A stretch of 63,811 nt of DNA, counting the filler, from Octopus bimaculoides (taxonomy: Eukaryota), in assembly GCF_001194135.2 (NCBI RefSeq). It is 9 parts of 9 records of this genome, joined end to end, with 100 filler letters (N's around TTAATTAATTAA, not from the genome) between each part and the next. Parts side by side here need not be neighbours in the genome. Positions count along the whole stretch, not along the records: positions 60,696 to 62,652 come from NW_026394549.1; positions 62,753 to 63,811 come from NC_068986.1; 7 more parts are not named here. One strand, given 5' to 3'. A program made the translations under genes and the position numbers. This document shows, piece after piece, positions 62,256 to 63,811 of this stretch. Numbering within the stretch: position 1 is the stretch's first letter; each line of letters opens with the position of its first letter. The notes below the pieces were generated by a model. That model did not search any database. It was not told where the DNA came from and saw only the letters and a program-made list of their open reading frames with translations.

Positions 62256-62620
62256 GTACACGTGGAAAAAGAACAAACAAGACTTCAACATGGCTGGCAG
62301 ACATATCCTCACCGTACGATACGAGGGAACATTTATTTTCAAGCAACCCGAAAAGAAAGACGCCGGCATGTATCAGTGCTTTGCAAACAACTCTTATGGG
62401 GTGGCCATGTCAGGCATTGTTGAACTACGTCTTGCCTTCCTGATGCCATACATCAATCAGGAACCAGAGACCATTACTGCATTACCAGGGGCATCTCTCC
62501 TCCTCCCTTGTAACAAGCCGATCAGTTACCCCGAGGCCAGCGTGACTTGGGTGTTGAAACACAAAGATGGATCATTCAAGGCCTTTGACTTCACTGAACG
62601 AATCCTAATGGACCACCAAG
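62256..62620 (+). CDS. L1-family (neuroglian/NrCAM-like) cell adhesion molecule, exon encoding the Ig1 C-terminal half and Ig2 N-terminal half
   Basis: Acceptor ttccatctcttctacaaccAG, donor CAAG|gttagt; 365 nt, phase 2 to 1. YTWKKNKQDFN...GTFIFKQPEKKDAGMYQCFANNSYGVAMS...LLLPCNKPISYPEASVTW...RILMDHQ(G) matches the L1/neuroglian Ig1-Ig2 pattern. Confidence 0.9.
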
Positions 62621-62787
62621 GTTAGTATAGCCTTCTCACCATGGCCACCACTNNNNNNNNNNNNNNNNNNNNNNNNNNNNNNNNNNNNNNNNNNNNTTAA
62701 TTAATTAANNNNNNNNNNNNNNNNNNNNNNNNNNNNNNNNNNNNNNNNNNNNAATGATGATGACGATGATGATGATGATGACGATGT

Positions 62788-62819
<32 letters not shown>

Positions 62820-63378
62820 TTATTGAGCCTCAGGTTCGTCTTGACTTGGCAGTCCTCTGTGATCCAAGACGATTCCTCTATGATCCGCCGCCATTTTGTT
62901 CTGATACAACACGTCAACAAAATTACTCTCCGATACATTTATCCACCTCCTTGCTTTTTGAAAACAACTAAATTTTGAAAACAACTAAATTTTGAGGCAT
63001 ATATATACACACATATATATGCATGTGTGTGTATATATGCCTGCATGTACGTAGATATGTATTTATGCATATATTTATGAATGTATGTATGTATATACGT
63101 CTGTGTCAATATATATCGCATTCTTTAAAATGTGTTTTAAAGTGATTTGTGTAATCGAGGTTGGCGTAACATGTGAAGTAGGTGAGAGGGAGAGAGATAG
63201 AGAGGGGGAGGAATAGAGGGAGAGCGAGTGATAGACAAAGAGATAGAGAGAGGGAGTGTGTATTTGTGTGTTTCATGGGTGATACATTTGATGACAATGA
63301 GTCTTGTATAGTTGTCTTTTGCTAGAAAACCACAAGCTATTTGTGTTTGATACACACAAATACAATAGCCCACACTCG

Positions 63379-63425
<47 letters not shown>

Positions 63426-63651
63426 GCTCACACACACACACGCACGCACACTAATACATGCATTCTCACAGAGAGTAACTCATATACTTGCTTGCACACA
63501 CACATCACATCAAAGATAGTTGTAGATTAATTCATAATTCGTTAGTATTTTAAGTACGTTTGGAGAACTTGGCAAATACATACACACATACCTATACACA
63601 TGCACACATACATACACACAGACACACACACACACTTCTTATACATACATA

Positions 63652-63811
63652 CGGGGGTGAGTCAAAAAGTAATGCCATTTTGTTTACGACAGGTATAATT
63701 GCCAACACAGGAACATGTATCATACATCAAAATGAAGCTGGTCCTCTGTGGATCACATCCCTACTTCTCAACATAGTCACCGTTTCTCTCAATAGCAATG
63801 TTCCACCACCG
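63652..63811 (-). mobile_element. Mariner transposon 3' end (TIR + transposase C-terminus)
   Basis: TA followed by cgggggtgagtcaaaaagtaatgcc (TIR). The minus strand encodes RWWNIAIERNGDYVEK* with the stop at 63761-63763. Confidence 0.85.

Noticed and set aside
1981-62620. Treating the lipid-transfer, peroxidase and L1 exons as a gene cluster or one locus
   Set aside because: They lie on different linker-separated pieces whose order and adjacency are unverified.

Overview
AT-rich, microsatellite-dense animal genomic DNA. The SINE families look like those of Octopus (coleoid cephalopod); this is inferred from recall, not from a search. Eight identical 100-nt gaps (44 N + TTAATTAATTAA + 44 N) are artificial linkers, so the window is nine assembly pieces whose adjacency is not guaranteed. 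Isolated exons of three host genes are recognisable, all on the + strand: (1) a lipid-transfer (vitellogenin-N/MTP-like) exon at 1981-2101; (2) two phase-compatible exons of a divergent animal heme peroxidase at 23615-23730 and 25206-25298, which the ORF track misses; (3) an L1/neuroglian-type Ig exon at 62256-62620. The rest is transposon debris: at least four tRNA-derived SINE families; RTE, CR1-like, Penelope-like, Tx1/L1-like and R4/Dong LINE fragments; hAT, Tc1, mariner and Tigger remnants; hAT MITEs with 8-bp TSDs; and long fold-back palindromes. The most interesting patterns are: retroelements docked in (TATC)n and (TAA)n microsatellites, including a head-to-head Tx1/Dong chimera splitting one (AAT)n tract; a minimal hammerhead-ribozyme-like fold near a Penelope remnant; and a repeat family with a telomere-like, G4-forming core. 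No CRISPR, rRNA or intact tRNA gene was found. All family assignments come from motif recognition and need database confirmation.
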